From positions 168,778-232,777 of the forward strand of contig CBDFGH010000006.1 of the NCBI GenBank assembly GCA_965247145.1: 64,000 bases of DNA. The letters are read 5' to 3'. Below are positions 37,206 to 46,534 of this stretch, piece by piece. Under the pieces are notes generated by a model. The model did no database searches. It was not told the origin of the DNA and worked only from the letters and a program-made list of their open reading frames with translations. Origin of the DNA: Rickettsiales bacterium (GTDB lineage: Bacteria; Pseudomonadota; Alphaproteobacteria; Rickettsiales; JAIXRX01). Positions within the stretch are counted from its first letter, which is position 1, and every line of letters begins with the position of its first letter. The translations under genes were made by a program, and so were the position numbers.

Positions 37206-38060
37206 ATGAACCCACCCGATTTCCCCTTCCTCTGGCTGAACGGCAAGCTGCTGCCCGCCGCCGAAGCCTGCCTGCCGGTGGCGGATCGCGGCTTTCGTTA
37301 TGGGGACGGATTGTTCGAAACCCTGCGCGTCTCGCAAGGCAAACCGGAATTCTGGCAAGCGCATGTGGCGCGGTTGTTGCGCGGCATGGAAGCATTGAAG
37401 CTTCCACCTCTCGCTTACGATCTCGCCGATGCTGCGCGCACTTTGATCGCTGCGAATACCCAGCCCGAAGGCGTGCTGCGCATCGCGCTCAGCCGTGGCC
37501 CCGGTGGGCGCGGCTATCTTCCGCCCGCACAACCGCAACCGACCTTGCTGCTGGAAATGTCTCCCCTGCCCCCCGCCCCCACCGAACCCTTGCGCCTGTG
37601 GCACGCCAGCCTGCGCCGCCCCGGCCCCCAACATCTGCCCAGCGATTGCAAGACCGCCAATGCTTTGGGCAGCGTGCTGGCGCGCATGGAAGCCGAGACG
37701 CAAGCCTGCGACGAAGCCTTGATGACGGATGCGCAGGGCAATCTCAGCGAATGCGCGGCGGCCAATCTGGTTTGGCAGGAGCCGGATGGAACCTGCTTCA
37801 CCCCCGCGCTGGAAAGCGGCGCGGTGGCGGGCGTGGCGCGGCAATCTCTGCTGCAGCTGGGCTTTATTGAAGAAATCACCGCACCGCTGGCGCGCCTGCC
37901 ATCGGCGGTCGCCGTGGCCAGTTGCAACAGTCTTTATTACACGTGCCCCATCGCCTCCCTCGCGCCCTATGGTTGGCGGTGGGAATCACAGGCATTGGCC
38001 GCGCGTTGCCATGCGGCGCTCTCCCGTGCCGCTGCCGAGAGCCAGCGGGATTTCGCGTGA
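37206..38060 (+). CDS. pabC: aminodeoxychorismate lyase (class IV aminotransferase fold)
   Basis: LNGKLLP...ADRGFRYGDGLFETLRV N-terminus; 284 aa, immediately upstream of pabB. Confidence 0.8.
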   Translation: MNPPDFPFLWLNGKLLPAAEACLPVADRGFRYGDGLFETLRVSQGKPEFWQAHVARLLRGMEALKLPPLAYDLADAARTLIAANTQPEGVLRIALSRGPGGRGYLPPAQPQPTLLLEMSPLPPAPTEPLRLWHASLRRPGPQHLPSDCKTANALGSVLARMEAETQACDEALMTDAQGNLSECAAANLVWQEPDGTCFTPALESGAVAGVARQSLLQLGFIEEITAPLARLPSAVAVASCNSLYYTCPIASLAPYGWRWESQALAARCHAALSRAAAESQRDFA

Positions 38061-39310
38061 GGCCTGCCGATTTCACCTGGGCCTGGGAAGCACCACTGGC
38101 GGTGGCGGCGCAATGCACCACGCCGCAGGACAGCTTCGTGCTGCTGCACAGCGCCCGCCTTTCGCCGGATGCGCGCTATTCCTATCTGGCGCTGAACCCG
38201 CAGCGCATTTTCACCGGCAGTGGTTGGAACCTGCTGGAAGACGCTTTGACCACCCTGCCCCAAGGCGAGCGGCTTTTCGGCTATGCAAGCTATGAACTGG
38301 GTGCGGAGCATGCGCCGCAATCCAGCACCCATACGCTGCCCGAACAATGGTGGATGCTGCCCGCCACTCTGTTGCGTTTCGATCTGATCGATCAACGCAT
38401 CGAAGGATGGGGCGAAGAGCCGGTGCGGCATGCAGCGCCTATTTCCGATAATGTGCCCTGCATCGAAACACTCACCAGCAACTTCTCGGGGGACGCGTAC
38501 AGAGAGAAGGTCGCGGCGATTCTGGAAGACATTCGCGCGGGCGAATATTACCAGGCGAACCTCACACGCAAATTCCTTGGGCGCATGAGCGCGCCGCCGG
38601 ACAGCCTTACTTTGTTCGCCCGGCTCTGCACCATCAGCCCCGCCCCTTTCGCCGCGCTCATCCACACGCCGGACTGGCAGATAATTTCCTCCAGCATGGA
38701 AGAATTTCTTCATGTGGAAAACGGCCAGGCCCGCGCGCGCCCGATCAAAGGCACCTGCCCGCGCGGCGCAACACCGCAGGAAGACACGGCTTTGGCTGCC
38801 GCCCTTTCCGCCAGCACGAAAGACCGTGCGGAAAACATCATGATCGTCGATCTCATGCGTCACGACTTGTCGCAAGTCTGCACGACCGGAAGCCTGCGCG
38901 TGGAAAAACTCTGTGCGCTGGAATCCTATGCCCAGCTGCATCATCTGGTCTCGACCATTGAGGGCAGTCTGCGCGCGGATTGCGGGCCGCTGGATGCGCT
39001 GCGCGCCTGTTTCCCGCCCGGCTCGATGACTGGCGCACCGAAACGCGCCAGCGTGCGGCGGCTGGCTGAACTGGAAGCCAGCGCGCGCGGGCCTTACAGC
39101 GGCATGCTCGGCTGGATCGCGGCGGATGCGGCGCAGACTTCGGTGGTGATCCGCACGCTGATTCTCGAAGGTGCGTGCTTCGAATTCCAGGTGGGTGGCG
39201 GCATCGTGCAGGATTCCAACCCCGAACAGGAATGGCGCGAAACCTTGGTAAAAGCCCGGGGCATGGCGGAGTTGCTAAGCATTTCGCCCAATACGCTGGC
39301 AGAGCAATAA
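38057..39310 (+). CDS. pabB: aminodeoxychorismate synthase component I
   Basis: Chorismate-binding motifs (YQANLTRKF, FPPGSMTGAPK, GGGIVQDSNPEQEWRE). GTG 38057 overlaps the pabC stop (GTGA). The ORF-track start 37922 lies inside pabC. Confidence 0.85.
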   Translation: MRPADFTWAWEAPLAVAAQCTTPQDSFVLLHSARLSPDARYSYLALNPQRIFTGSGWNLLEDALTTLPQGERLFGYASYELGAEHAPQSSTHTLPEQWWMLPATLLRFDLIDQRIEGWGEEPVRHAAPISDNVPCIETLTSNFSGDAYREKVAAILEDIRAGEYYQANLTRKFLGRMSAPPDSLTLFARLCTISPAPFAALIHTPDWQIISSSMEEFLHVENGQARARPIKGTCPRGATPQEDTALAAALSASTKDRAENIMIVDLMRHDLSQVCTTGSLRVEKLCALESYAQLHHLVSTIEGSLRADCGPLDALRACFPPGSMTGAPKRASVRRLAELEASARGPYSGMLGWIAADAAQTSVVIRTLILEGACFEFQVGGGIVQDSNPEQEWRETLVKARGMAELLSISPNTLAEQ

Positions 39311-39422
39311 TCCACAAGTATGCATTGAATGCATGGCTACTAGCATAAATTGCCAGTTCCCATCGCATCATGGAATAGCTACATTCACCCCATCGAAACA
39401 ACACCGGATGGGGAGGACGACA

Positions 39423-39560
39423 ATGAAAACGCTGACGAAAATCACGATCGCGATGATGATCGCCCTCACCGCTGCCGCCTGTTCCGCTTCGCCCGAAACC
39501 AGCTACCGCAGCAATTACAGCGCGCAAGGCAGCTATTACTTCGAGCAGCTCGACAATTAA
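39423..39560 (+). CDS. small hypothetical lipoprotein (45 aa)
   Basis: GGAGG 6 nt upstream of ATG 39423. MKTLTKITIAMMIALTAAA-C lipobox. Followed by a strong terminator. Confidence 0.5.
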   Translation: MKTLTKITIAMMIALTAAACSASPETSYRSNYSAQGSYYFEQLDN

Positions 39561-39620
39561 TTCCGGCTCCGCGCCACAGCGCGACCCGACCCGCCATAAC
39601 CTCCTGTTCAAACTTGAACG

Positions 39621-39677
39621 CCCGGGAACGCAAGTTCCTGGGCATCTTTTTTTGTATCGCACGCGATACAAAAAAAG
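39621..39677 (+). terminator. double hairpin terminator (second hairpin bidirectional)
   Basis: cccgggaac-gcaa-gttcctggg followed by a T7 run. Then tttttttgtatcgc-ac-gcgatacaaaaaaa, a 14-bp stem flanked by T/A runs. Confidence 0.75.
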
Positions 39678-39685
39678 AGGTGTTA

Positions 39686-39921
39686 CATTTCGCTCCGTAT
39701 CGCGCCTGCTGGCGTTCACATGAGCCTGACGTCTTCTGCGAGCTCAAGGCTGGGTTTTTGGCGTTTCGCTCCGCGAAGGTCTGCTGGCCTTCACATGAGC
39801 CTGACGGCTGCGCCGAGCTCAAGGCTGGGTTTTTGGCGTTTCGCTCCGCGAAGGTCTGCTGACCTTCACATGAGCCTGACGGCTGCGCCGAGCTCAAGGC
39901 TGGTTCGGCCTGCTGGCCTCA
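39686..39921. repeat. 75-bp tandem repeat array (about 3 copies plus partial ends)
   Basis: The motif cacatgagcctgacgg recurs at 39717, 39792 and 39867 (period 75). Units 1-2 differ at a few positions, unit 3 carries an internal deletion, and a degenerate half-unit precedes unit 1. Confidence 0.9.
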
Positions 39922-40234
39922 CATTACTGGATAGACCTTCCCACTGCCCCACTGCCCCATTCTCCCGCATCCCCAATGCCCACACTGCGCACTGGGTGCG
40001 GAGTGCGCCACTTGCAACATAGAGATATCCGAGCGGCACTGCGCATCATGTGCGGAGTGGGGAGAATCAGGGGCAAGTGTCCAATGATGCAAAGGTAGCA
40101 AGCCCGATGCGGAGCAAACGCAATATGCATTTTCAGTATGCAATCGCATGCTGGAAATGCAAAAAGCATGCTTGACGCATGACGAACAAAGGGCCAATTT
40201 GCGATCAATAAATTTACGACCAGAGTGAGATTTC

Positions 40235-40627
40235 ATGAGCGCAAAACTTCGGGCCGAGCGGCCGCTTTCGCCGCATTTGTCGGTGTACAAACCGCAGATC
40301 ACCTCGATGCTTTCGATCCTTCACCGCATCACCGGCTTCGGCCTTTCGGTCGGCACCCTGCTGCTGGGCGCGTGGTTGTGGTCCGCCGCCTTCTCCCCCA
40401 GCTTCTACGCGACACTGACGGAAGTCACCGCCAGCTGGTTCGGGCGTGTCTTCCTATTCGGCTGGACGGTGGCGTTCTTCTACCATCTCTTCAACGGCAT
40501 CCGCCACTTGATGTGGGATGCGGGCATGGGGCTCACCATTCCCTCCGTGAACCGCAGCGGCATCGCCGTGCTTCTGCTCACCCTGGCGCTGAGTGTCGGC
40601 GTCTGGGCTTACGTGCTTCTCTACTAG
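40235..40627 (+). CDS. sdhC: succinate dehydrogenase cytochrome b556 subunit
   Basis: RPLSPHLSVYKPQITSMLSILHRITG motif; 130 aa, 3 TM. Confidence 0.95.
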   Translation: MSAKLRAERPLSPHLSVYKPQITSMLSILHRITGFGLSVGTLLLGAWLWSAAFSPSFYATLTEVTASWFGRVFLFGWTVAFFYHLFNGIRHLMWDAGMGLTIPSVNRSGIAVLLLTLALSVGVWAYVLLY

Positions 40628-40638
40628 GATCGCCCGTC

Positions 40639-41064
40639 ATGGAAAAGCCCAACAAGCAAGATTACTATTCCGCGCCGCTGAAACGCGCCAAATTCCTCGG
40701 CTCCGCCAAAGACGGCACGGGGCATTGGTGGTGGCAGCGCGTCACTTCCGTGGCGCTGATTCCGCTCGGCGTGTGGTTCGTGGTTTCCGTGCTGAACCTT
40801 ATCTATGTCGGCGGCAGCGCCGAGGCCACCGCCGCCTGGGCACAAGTGCCGGCAAACGCATTGCTGATGGCCTTATTCCTGGTGGCGCTCTTCTGGCACA
40901 CCGCCCAAGGCCTGCAGGTCATCGTCGAGGATTACGTGCATCAGATGGGCTGGAAGGTCGGCCTCGTCATGCTCATCAAACTCGGCTGCTTCGCCGCCGC
41001 CACGGCGACCATTTTCGCGCTGATCAAAATGCACTTCGCGGGCTATCAGCCCGCAAGCTACTAG
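40639..41064 (+). CDS. sdhD: succinate dehydrogenase hydrophobic membrane anchor subunit
   Basis: 141 aa from ATG 40639 with [18 protein letters not shown] motif. The long ORF-track ORF (from 40225) runs over sdhC out of frame. Confidence 0.9.
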   Translation: MEKPNKQDYYSAPLKRAKFLGSAKDGTGHWWWQRVTSVALIPLGVWFVVSVLNLIYVGGSAEATAAWAQVPANALLMALFLVALFWHTAQGLQVIVEDYVHQMGWKVGLVMLIKLGCFAAATATIFALIKMHFAGYQPASY

Positions 41065-41074
41065 GAATCCGGAT

Positions 41075-42862
41075 ATGACGACGAGCTATCAGATCGAAGA
41101 TCATTATTACGACGTGGTCGTGGTCGGGGCCGGGGGCGCGGGTTTGCGCGCCACTTTCGGCATGGCGGAAGCAGGTTTGAGCACCGCCTGCATCACCAAG
41201 GTTTTCCCGACACGGTCGCATACCGTCGCGGCACAAGGCGGCATCTCGGCCGCGCTCGGCAATATGAGCGAAGATGACTGGCGCTGGCACTTCTACGACA
41301 CGATCAAAGGTTCGGATTGGCTGGGCGATCAAGACGCCATCGAATATATGTGCAAAAACGCCGCCGCCGCGGTGATCGAGCTCGAACATTACGGCGTGCC
41401 TTTCAGCCGCACCGAGGAGGGCCGCATCTATCAGCGCCCCTTCGGCGGCATGACCACGCAATTCGGCGAAGGCCCGCCCGCGCTGCGCACCTGTGCAGCC
41501 GCCGACCGTACCGGTCACGCCATCCTGCATACGCTCTATACCCAGGCTTTGCGCCACCGCGCGCAATTCTTCATCGAATATTTCGCGCTCGATCTCATCA
41601 TGGATGACGGCGTGTGCCGCGGCGTCATCGCCTGGAATCTGGATGACGGCACGATCCACCGCTTCCACGCGCACCAAGTGGTCATCGCCACCGGCGGTTA
41701 CGGCCGCGCCTATTTCTCCTGCACCTCCGCCCACACCTGCACGGGCGATGGCAATGCCATGGTCACCCGCGCGGGGCTACCATTGCAGGACATGGAATTC
41801 GTGCAATTCCACCCCACCGGCGTCTACGGTTCCGGCTGCCTCATCACCGAAGGCGCGCGCGGCGAAGGGGGTTACCTAGTGAACTCCGAAGGCGAGCGCT
41901 TCATGGAGCGTTACGCCCCGCACGCGAAAGATCTCGCCAGCCGCGACGTGGTTTCGCGCGCGATGACGGTGGAAATCCGCGAAGGGCGCGGGGTCGGTCC
42001 GAAGAAGGATCACATCCATCTGCACCTCAATCATCTCGACCCCGAAATCCTGCATCAGCGCCTGCCCGGCATTTCCGAAACCGCGAAGATCTTCGCGGGT
42101 GTGGACGTGACGAAAGCGCCGATTCCCGTGCTGCCCACCGTGCATTACAATATGGGCGGCATCCCCACCAATTATCACGGCGAAGTGCTCACCGTCGGGG
42201 CCGATGGCCCGGATACGGTGGTGCCCGGCCTGATGGCCATCGGCGAGGCGGCCTGCGTTTCGGTACATGGCGCGAACCGCCTGGGCTCGAACTCGCTGCT
42301 CGATCTCGTCGTCTTCGGCCGCGCCGCCGCGCACCGCGCGAAGGAACTGGTGAAGCCCGGCCAGCCGCACAAGGTGCTGAGCCAGGATCTCACCGACAAG
42401 GCCCTCGCCCGTCTGGATAAAATCCGCCACGCCAAGGGTTCCTTGCGCACCAGCGAAATCCGCCGCGCGATGCAGGATACGATGCAGACCCATGCCGCCG
42501 TCTTCCGCCAGGAAGACACGTTGGTCGAGGGTGTGAACAAAATGTCGGACATCTATCAGTCCTTCGAAGATGTGCAGATTTCCGACCGCAGCATGATCTT
42601 CAATTCCGATCTGGTCGAAGCGCTGGAACTCGACAATCTGCGCGGCCAAGCGCTGATCACCGTCGCCAGCGCGCAAAACCGCAAGGAAAGCCGCGGCGCC
42701 CACGCCCGCGAAGATTTCCAGGACCGCGACGACAAGGAATGGCTGAAACACACCGCCGCCTGGCTGGACGAGAACGGCAAAGTCGGTTTCGATTACCGCC
42801 CCGTGCATCTGAACACCATGGGCGGCGTCGAATCCGTGCCGCTGAAAAAGCGGGTTTATTGA
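41075..42862 (+). CDS. sdhA: succinate dehydrogenase flavoprotein subunit
   Basis: FAD motif [13 protein letters not shown], the covalent-FAD His region [11 protein letters not shown], and HPTG; 595 aa. Confidence 0.97.
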   Translation: MTTSYQIEDHYYDVVVVGAGGAGLRATFGMAEAGLSTACITKVFPTRSHTVAAQGGISAALGNMSEDDWRWHFYDTIKGSDWLGDQDAIEYMCKNAAAAVIELEHYGVPFSRTEEGRIYQRPFGGMTTQFGEGPPALRTCAAADRTGHAILHTLYTQALRHRAQFFIEYFALDLIMDDGVCRGVIAWNLDDGTIHRFHAHQVVIATGGYGRAYFSCTSAHTCTGDGNAMVTRAGLPLQDMEFVQFHPTGVYGSGCLITEGARGEGGYLVNSEGERFMERYAPHAKDLASRDVVSRAMTVEIREGRGVGPKKDHIHLHLNHLDPEILHQRLPGISETAKIFAGVDVTKAPIPVLPTVHYNMGGIPTNYHGEVLTVGADGPDTVVPGLMAIGEAACVSVHGANRLGSNSLLDLVVFGRAAAHRAKELVKPGQPHKVLSQDLTDKALARLDKIRHAKGSLRTSEIRRAMQDTMQTHAAVFRQEDTLVEGVNKMSDIYQSFEDVQISDRSMIFNSDLVEALELDNLRGQALITVASAQNRKESRGAHAREDFQDRDDKEWLKHTAAWLDENGKVGFDYRPVHLNTMGGVESVPLKKRVY

Positions 42863-42896
42863 TGCTAGCCGCTTCCACGCACTTTCCCTTTTTCTC

Positions 42897-42970
42897 CGTC
42901 ATCCTGCGCGCAGTCGCAGGATCTCTGAGCGCTTCCGGCACGCGATCCTGCGACTGCGCGCAGGATGACG
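42897..42970. repeat. 74-bp palindromic element of the GTCATCC family
   Basis: Perfect 27-bp arms cgtcatcctgcgcgcagtcgcaggatc / gatcctgcgactgcgcgcaggatgacg around a 20-nt spacer. Each arm can also fold on itself. Confidence 0.9.
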
Positions 42971-42975
42971 AAAAT

Positions 42976-43818
42976 ATGATTTATCGCCTGCCCATAAAAA
43001 ACATTTTCGCCAATAATATCCTCGTCGCCCTGTCCGCCTGCCTCCTGCTCGCCGCCTGCGCCGAGCCGGTCACCCGCACGCCTGGCATCTCCAGCCAGGA
43101 AATCGCCGCCGAAGCCAAAGTGCACGAAGATGCAGTCGCCGCCGCCAAGCGTCAGTCCGGCGGCAGCAAAACCAGCATCGACCGTAGCATCGCACAAAAT
43201 GGCCTGAATGCGGTTGCCGCGAAACTCCTTCCCGCCGCCGCGGCCTATTGCCAGCAATTTGATGGCCAATCCCCCTGCCCCTACACCTACCAACTCGACA
43301 AGGACGACGCGCCGCTGAACGCCTATGCGGACGGTTCGCAGATCGTGGTGGCGCCCGCCATGATCGCCTTTACCCAAAGCCCGGATGAACTCGGCGTGGT
43401 GCTCGGCCACGAACTCGCCCACAACATCCTCAAGCACCCCGCCAAAGCCCAGCAAAACGGCATGCTGGGGGGGCTGGCCGGAACCGCACTCGGCGCGGCC
43501 GCGCAGGCCTACGGCTACAATCTCGGCGATCTCGGCGGCATGGGGCAGCAACTGGCAGTCGGCCATTACAGCCAGGATTTCGAGCGGGACGCGGATTATC
43601 TCGGCATCTACATCACCTACGCCGCCGGTTACAACGTCGATGTCGCCCCCACTTTCTGGCAGCGCATGAGTGTGGCGGACCCGGACGGCATCTACAGCGC
43701 TTCCTCCCACCCCACCAACCCCGAGCGTGCCGTGCTTCTGCGCAAGGCCATTGCCGAAATCCGCGCCAAAGTCGCCGCCGGTCAGCCGCTGGTGCCCGAA
43801 TTGCGGAAGCAGAAATGA
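42976..43818 (+). CDS. M48-family zinc metallopeptidase, lipoprotein
   Basis: Lipobox LLLAA-C, HELAHN zinc motif, downstream FERDADYLG and SSHPTNPER; 280 aa from ATG 42976. Confidence 0.85.
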   Translation: MIYRLPIKNIFANNILVALSACLLLAACAEPVTRTPGISSQEIAAEAKVHEDAVAAAKRQSGGSKTSIDRSIAQNGLNAVAAKLLPAAAAYCQQFDGQSPCPYTYQLDKDDAPLNAYADGSQIVVAPAMIAFTQSPDELGVVLGHELAHNILKHPAKAQQNGMLGGLAGTALGAAAQAYGYNLGDLGGMGQQLAVGHYSQDFERDADYLGIYITYAAGYNVDVAPTFWQRMSVADPDGIYSASSHPTNPERAVLLRKAIAEIRAKVAAGQPLVPELRKQK

Positions 43819-44774
43819 TGCGCGCGCTGAATCTGCTCCCTTTCCTCGTGCTTGCCCTGGCTGCCTGCCAGCCTTCGCCCTTCGCCACGGAACGAACCGA
43901 CCGCGCGGAGCAATCCTATGTCGAGCCGCTAATCCGGGTTACGGATGCCGAAGGCAAGGAGATGATGCGTCCCGCCAAGGCAGACGACGCCAGCCAGGGT
44001 CTCTACCGCATCCAAAACGTCCGCACCCTGACGTTCCGAACACTGAGCGAATATGGCAACGATATGAAGCGCGACGTGTATCTATTGCAGGAAAAACAGA
44101 ATTTCCTCGCTGACGACGAGCGAGATGTCGCGTTCGGCACATCGAACATTGCGGTGACATTGTACCATCAATCTTCAACCAGCGCGACAGAGAGCGAACG
44201 CGTTTGGAGCCATCATTTCGCGGCGGATCGCAGCGATCTCATCGCTAATACGGGGATGCCGCTTGAAATCTATCGCCTGACCGTTTTCGGCTGCTGCGGC
44301 ACCCACGACAATTACCGCTATCTAGACGCGATGACCGGCAGGTTGCTGGGCGGGGGAGACAGTCCCCTGACGCCGGTCGATCTGATGGAACCGTCGGGTG
44401 CGACGATCCGGCGTTACATTTCCGTGGAATCCGATTACGCTGAGATAGAATATGCCCGCCCTTCCTGCCGGGCAGCCCTGGTCAGTCTGGCCGACGAGAC
44501 ACACATCTTGGCAACCGTGGCCTTGACCGCGCCCCAGACGATTCAATGCGCGAAAGAAGCATCCAGCTTCAAGGATTTCGGCAGCCGTAAGCTGGTGCAT
44601 TCCAGTGCCAAACGCGACCGCGCGACGGTGGTTCTTCCACTGGCCGAAGGCGGGCAAGGCCCCCGTCTGCCGTTCGATGCCAAAGGATTCCTGATGGATA
44701 AAATCAAACTTCCCGCCGGCTGGAAGGCCGCCCCTGCCCGACTGGATTGGCCGGGCGAGCATGCCGCTAAATAA
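43815..44774 (+). CDS. hypothetical lipoprotein (319 aa)
   Basis: ATGA overlap with the M48 stop. Signal/lipobox MMRALNLLPFLVLALAA-C. No family recognised. Confidence 0.65.
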   Translation: MMRALNLLPFLVLALAACQPSPFATERTDRAEQSYVEPLIRVTDAEGKEMMRPAKADDASQGLYRIQNVRTLTFRTLSEYGNDMKRDVYLLQEKQNFLADDERDVAFGTSNIAVTLYHQSSTSATESERVWSHHFAADRSDLIANTGMPLEIYRLTVFGCCGTHDNYRYLDAMTGRLLGGGDSPLTPVDLMEPSGATIRRYISVESDYAEIEYARPSCRAALVSLADETHILATVALTAPQTIQCAKEASSFKDFGSRKLVHSSAKRDRATVVLPLAEGGQGPRLPFDAKGFLMDKIKLPAGWKAAPARLDWPGEHAAK

Positions 44775-44822
44775 AAATTAACACAGAAACGAAGCCCAAA
44801 AAACAAAACGAGAGAGAAGACC

Positions 44823-45623
44823 ATGGTTGAGTTCTCACTGCCCGCCCGCTCCAAACCCACCAAGGGCCGTACCTATCCCGCCCCTGCAGGCGCGAAAAAT
44901 GTGAAGGTGTTCAACATCTACCGCTGGGACCCCGAGGACCGCGACGCTTCCGGCGCGCCGAAAAACCCGCGCATCGACCGTTTCGAGATCGATATGGACG
45001 ATTGCGCGCCGATGGTGCTCGATGCCTTGGGCAAAATCAAAGACGAAGTGGACAGCACGCTGGCCTACCGCCGCTCCTGCCGCGAAGGCATCTGCGGTTC
45101 CTGCTCGATGAACATCGACGGCACGAATACCTTGGCCTGCCTGAAACCGATCAGCGAAGTGAAAGGCGAGGTGGCGATCTACCCGCTGCCGCACATGCCG
45201 GTGGTGAAGGATCTCGTGCCCGACCTCACGCATGTCTATGCCCAATATGAATCGATCCAGCCCTGGCTGCAGACCCAAAGCCCGGCACCGAGCAGCCGCG
45301 AGCGTTTGCAATCTCCCGAGGATCGCGAGAAGCTGGACGGCTTGTACGAATGCATTCTCTGCTTCTGCTGCACCACCTCCTGCCCCAGCTACTGGTGGAA
45401 CGGCGATCGCTATCTCGGCCCGGCCATCCTCCTGCAAGCCTACCGCTGGATCGCCGACAGCCGCGACGAATTCACCGGCGACCGGCTGGACGCGCTCGAA
45501 GACCCCTTCAAACTCTACCGCTGCCACACCATCATGAACTGCACGAAGACCTGCCCGAAAGGTTTAAATCCCGCCAAGGCGATTCAGCAGATCAAGCAAT
45601 TGATGGTTGAGCGCGTGGTGTAA
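44823..45623 (+). CDS. sdhB: succinate dehydrogenase iron-sulfur subunit
   Basis: Cys clusters [27 protein letters not shown] and [12 protein letters not shown]; 266 aa. Confidence 0.97.
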   Translation: MVEFSLPARSKPTKGRTYPAPAGAKNVKVFNIYRWDPEDRDASGAPKNPRIDRFEIDMDDCAPMVLDALGKIKDEVDSTLAYRRSCREGICGSCSMNIDGTNTLACLKPISEVKGEVAIYPLPHMPVVKDLVPDLTHVYAQYESIQPWLQTQSPAPSSRERLQSPEDREKLDGLYECILCFCCTTSCPSYWWNGDRYLGPAILLQAYRWIADSRDEFTGDRLDALEDPFKLYRCHTIMNCTKTCPKGLNPAKAIQQIKQLMVERVV

Positions 45624-45662
45624 CTACGTCAGTTCCCTTGGTCGATTGCGCAACAGAAAACC

Positions 45663-46208
45663 TCAATTCGTGAACCCGGCTTTTTGCAGCGTAATGCCAG
45701 TATTTTCGCAGTGATTCGAGTTTTCTGTAGGAAGAAACTTCGGGCGCCAGGGTAAAAGTAGTATCGAAGTCAACATGACGAATCCGTACGCCACTGGGAA
45801 TGTATAAAGCGCCACGAACCCCTGGCCGGCAGTCAATGCCAGAGCCAAAAAGGCCAGATCAGAGCCAAAGCTATGCAGTGGCGAAACGGGGTCCGTCCAA
45901 AACTCGCTCACCGCCACTGCGAACAATCCAGCAGCCTGACAGAGCCAGAAAATTTTATAGAATTTAAGCGGCAGTTTCCATCGATTTGCCCAGATCTTTG
46001 GCCAAGGCTCTGTACGCAAGACCGCATATTGCTGCGCGATAAAAATGAGATACGCTACCACCACCGTAGGCGGAATAAGAATTTCTATCGCACCCGCATG
46101 GTTGTTGATTGAGGTCCGCATAAAATAGGCGGCGACCACCGTGATCGGGATTAGTGGTATCCAAAAAAGCAGAATGGTCGGCCAAAGTTTCTGCATATCA
46201 ATCCCCAT
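45663..46208 (-). CDS. hypothetical polytopic membrane protein (181 aa, AT-richer)
   Basis: Five hydrophobic segments. Lower G+C than the flanking sdhB/carD. No family recognised. Confidence 0.55.
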   Translation of the reverse strand: MGIDMQKLWPTILLFWIPLIPITVVAAYFMRTSINNHAGAIEILIPPTVVVAYLIFIAQQYAVLRTEPWPKIWANRWKLPLKFYKIFWLCQAAGLFAVAVSEFWTDPVSPLHSFGSDLAFLALALTAGQGFVALYTFPVAYGFVMLTSILLLPWRPKFLPTENSNHCENTGITLQKAGFTN

Positions 46209-46369
46209 CGAACGAAAACGTTCAGAGGCCAGCGTAGTATAAGTTCATGAAGAAACAATAAAAGTAGGAGAGGTATCGTATAACCTTCAGCTTCAATCTT
46301 TAGAACCCTCCCAAAAAACCCAGCCAAGCGGCCACCTTTCGTAACGAGCACGAAAATTTCGAGAGATCA

Positions 46370-46426
46370 CGTCATTGCGAGCGGAGCGAAGCAATCCAGC
46401 CCCTCGGCTTGCGGAACCGCTGGATT
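46370..46426. repeat. CGTCAT-led hairpin element
   Basis: cgtcattgc-gagcggagcga-gcaatccagc...gctggatt: two adjacent inverted repeats with the same CGTCAT lead-in as the other elements. Confidence 0.6.
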
Positions 46427-46482
46427 ACCGCGTCGGCGTTGCCTTCTCGCAACGAAGAATTTCTGGCAGAAATGTCGTGAAT

Positions 46483-46516
46483 AAAAAAAGCCGGAGAAAA
46501 ATCTCCAGCTTTTTTC
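46483..46516 (-). terminator. bidirectional intrinsic terminator downstream of carD
   Basis: aaaaaaa-gccggaga-aaaa-tctccagc-tttttt: 8-bp stem (one mismatch) flanked by an A7 and a T6 run. Confidence 0.7.
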
Positions 46517-46534
46517 TCCTTTCAGGGCTTAGAC

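Noticed and set aside
39686-39921. CRISPR array?
   Set aside because: The units are directly abutting 75-bp repeats with no unique spacers, and there are no cas genes in the window.
39350-40022. ORFs spanning the 75-bp tandem array (39350-39862 +, 39720-40022 +, 39466-39897 -), one giving a 25-aa repeat protein
   Set aside because: The array is open in several frames on both strands only because its period is a multiple of 3. There is no RBS or start context, the ORFs begin right after a double terminator, and the compositions are Arg/Ser/Ala-rich. Kept as a non-coding repeat, but flagged in the findings.
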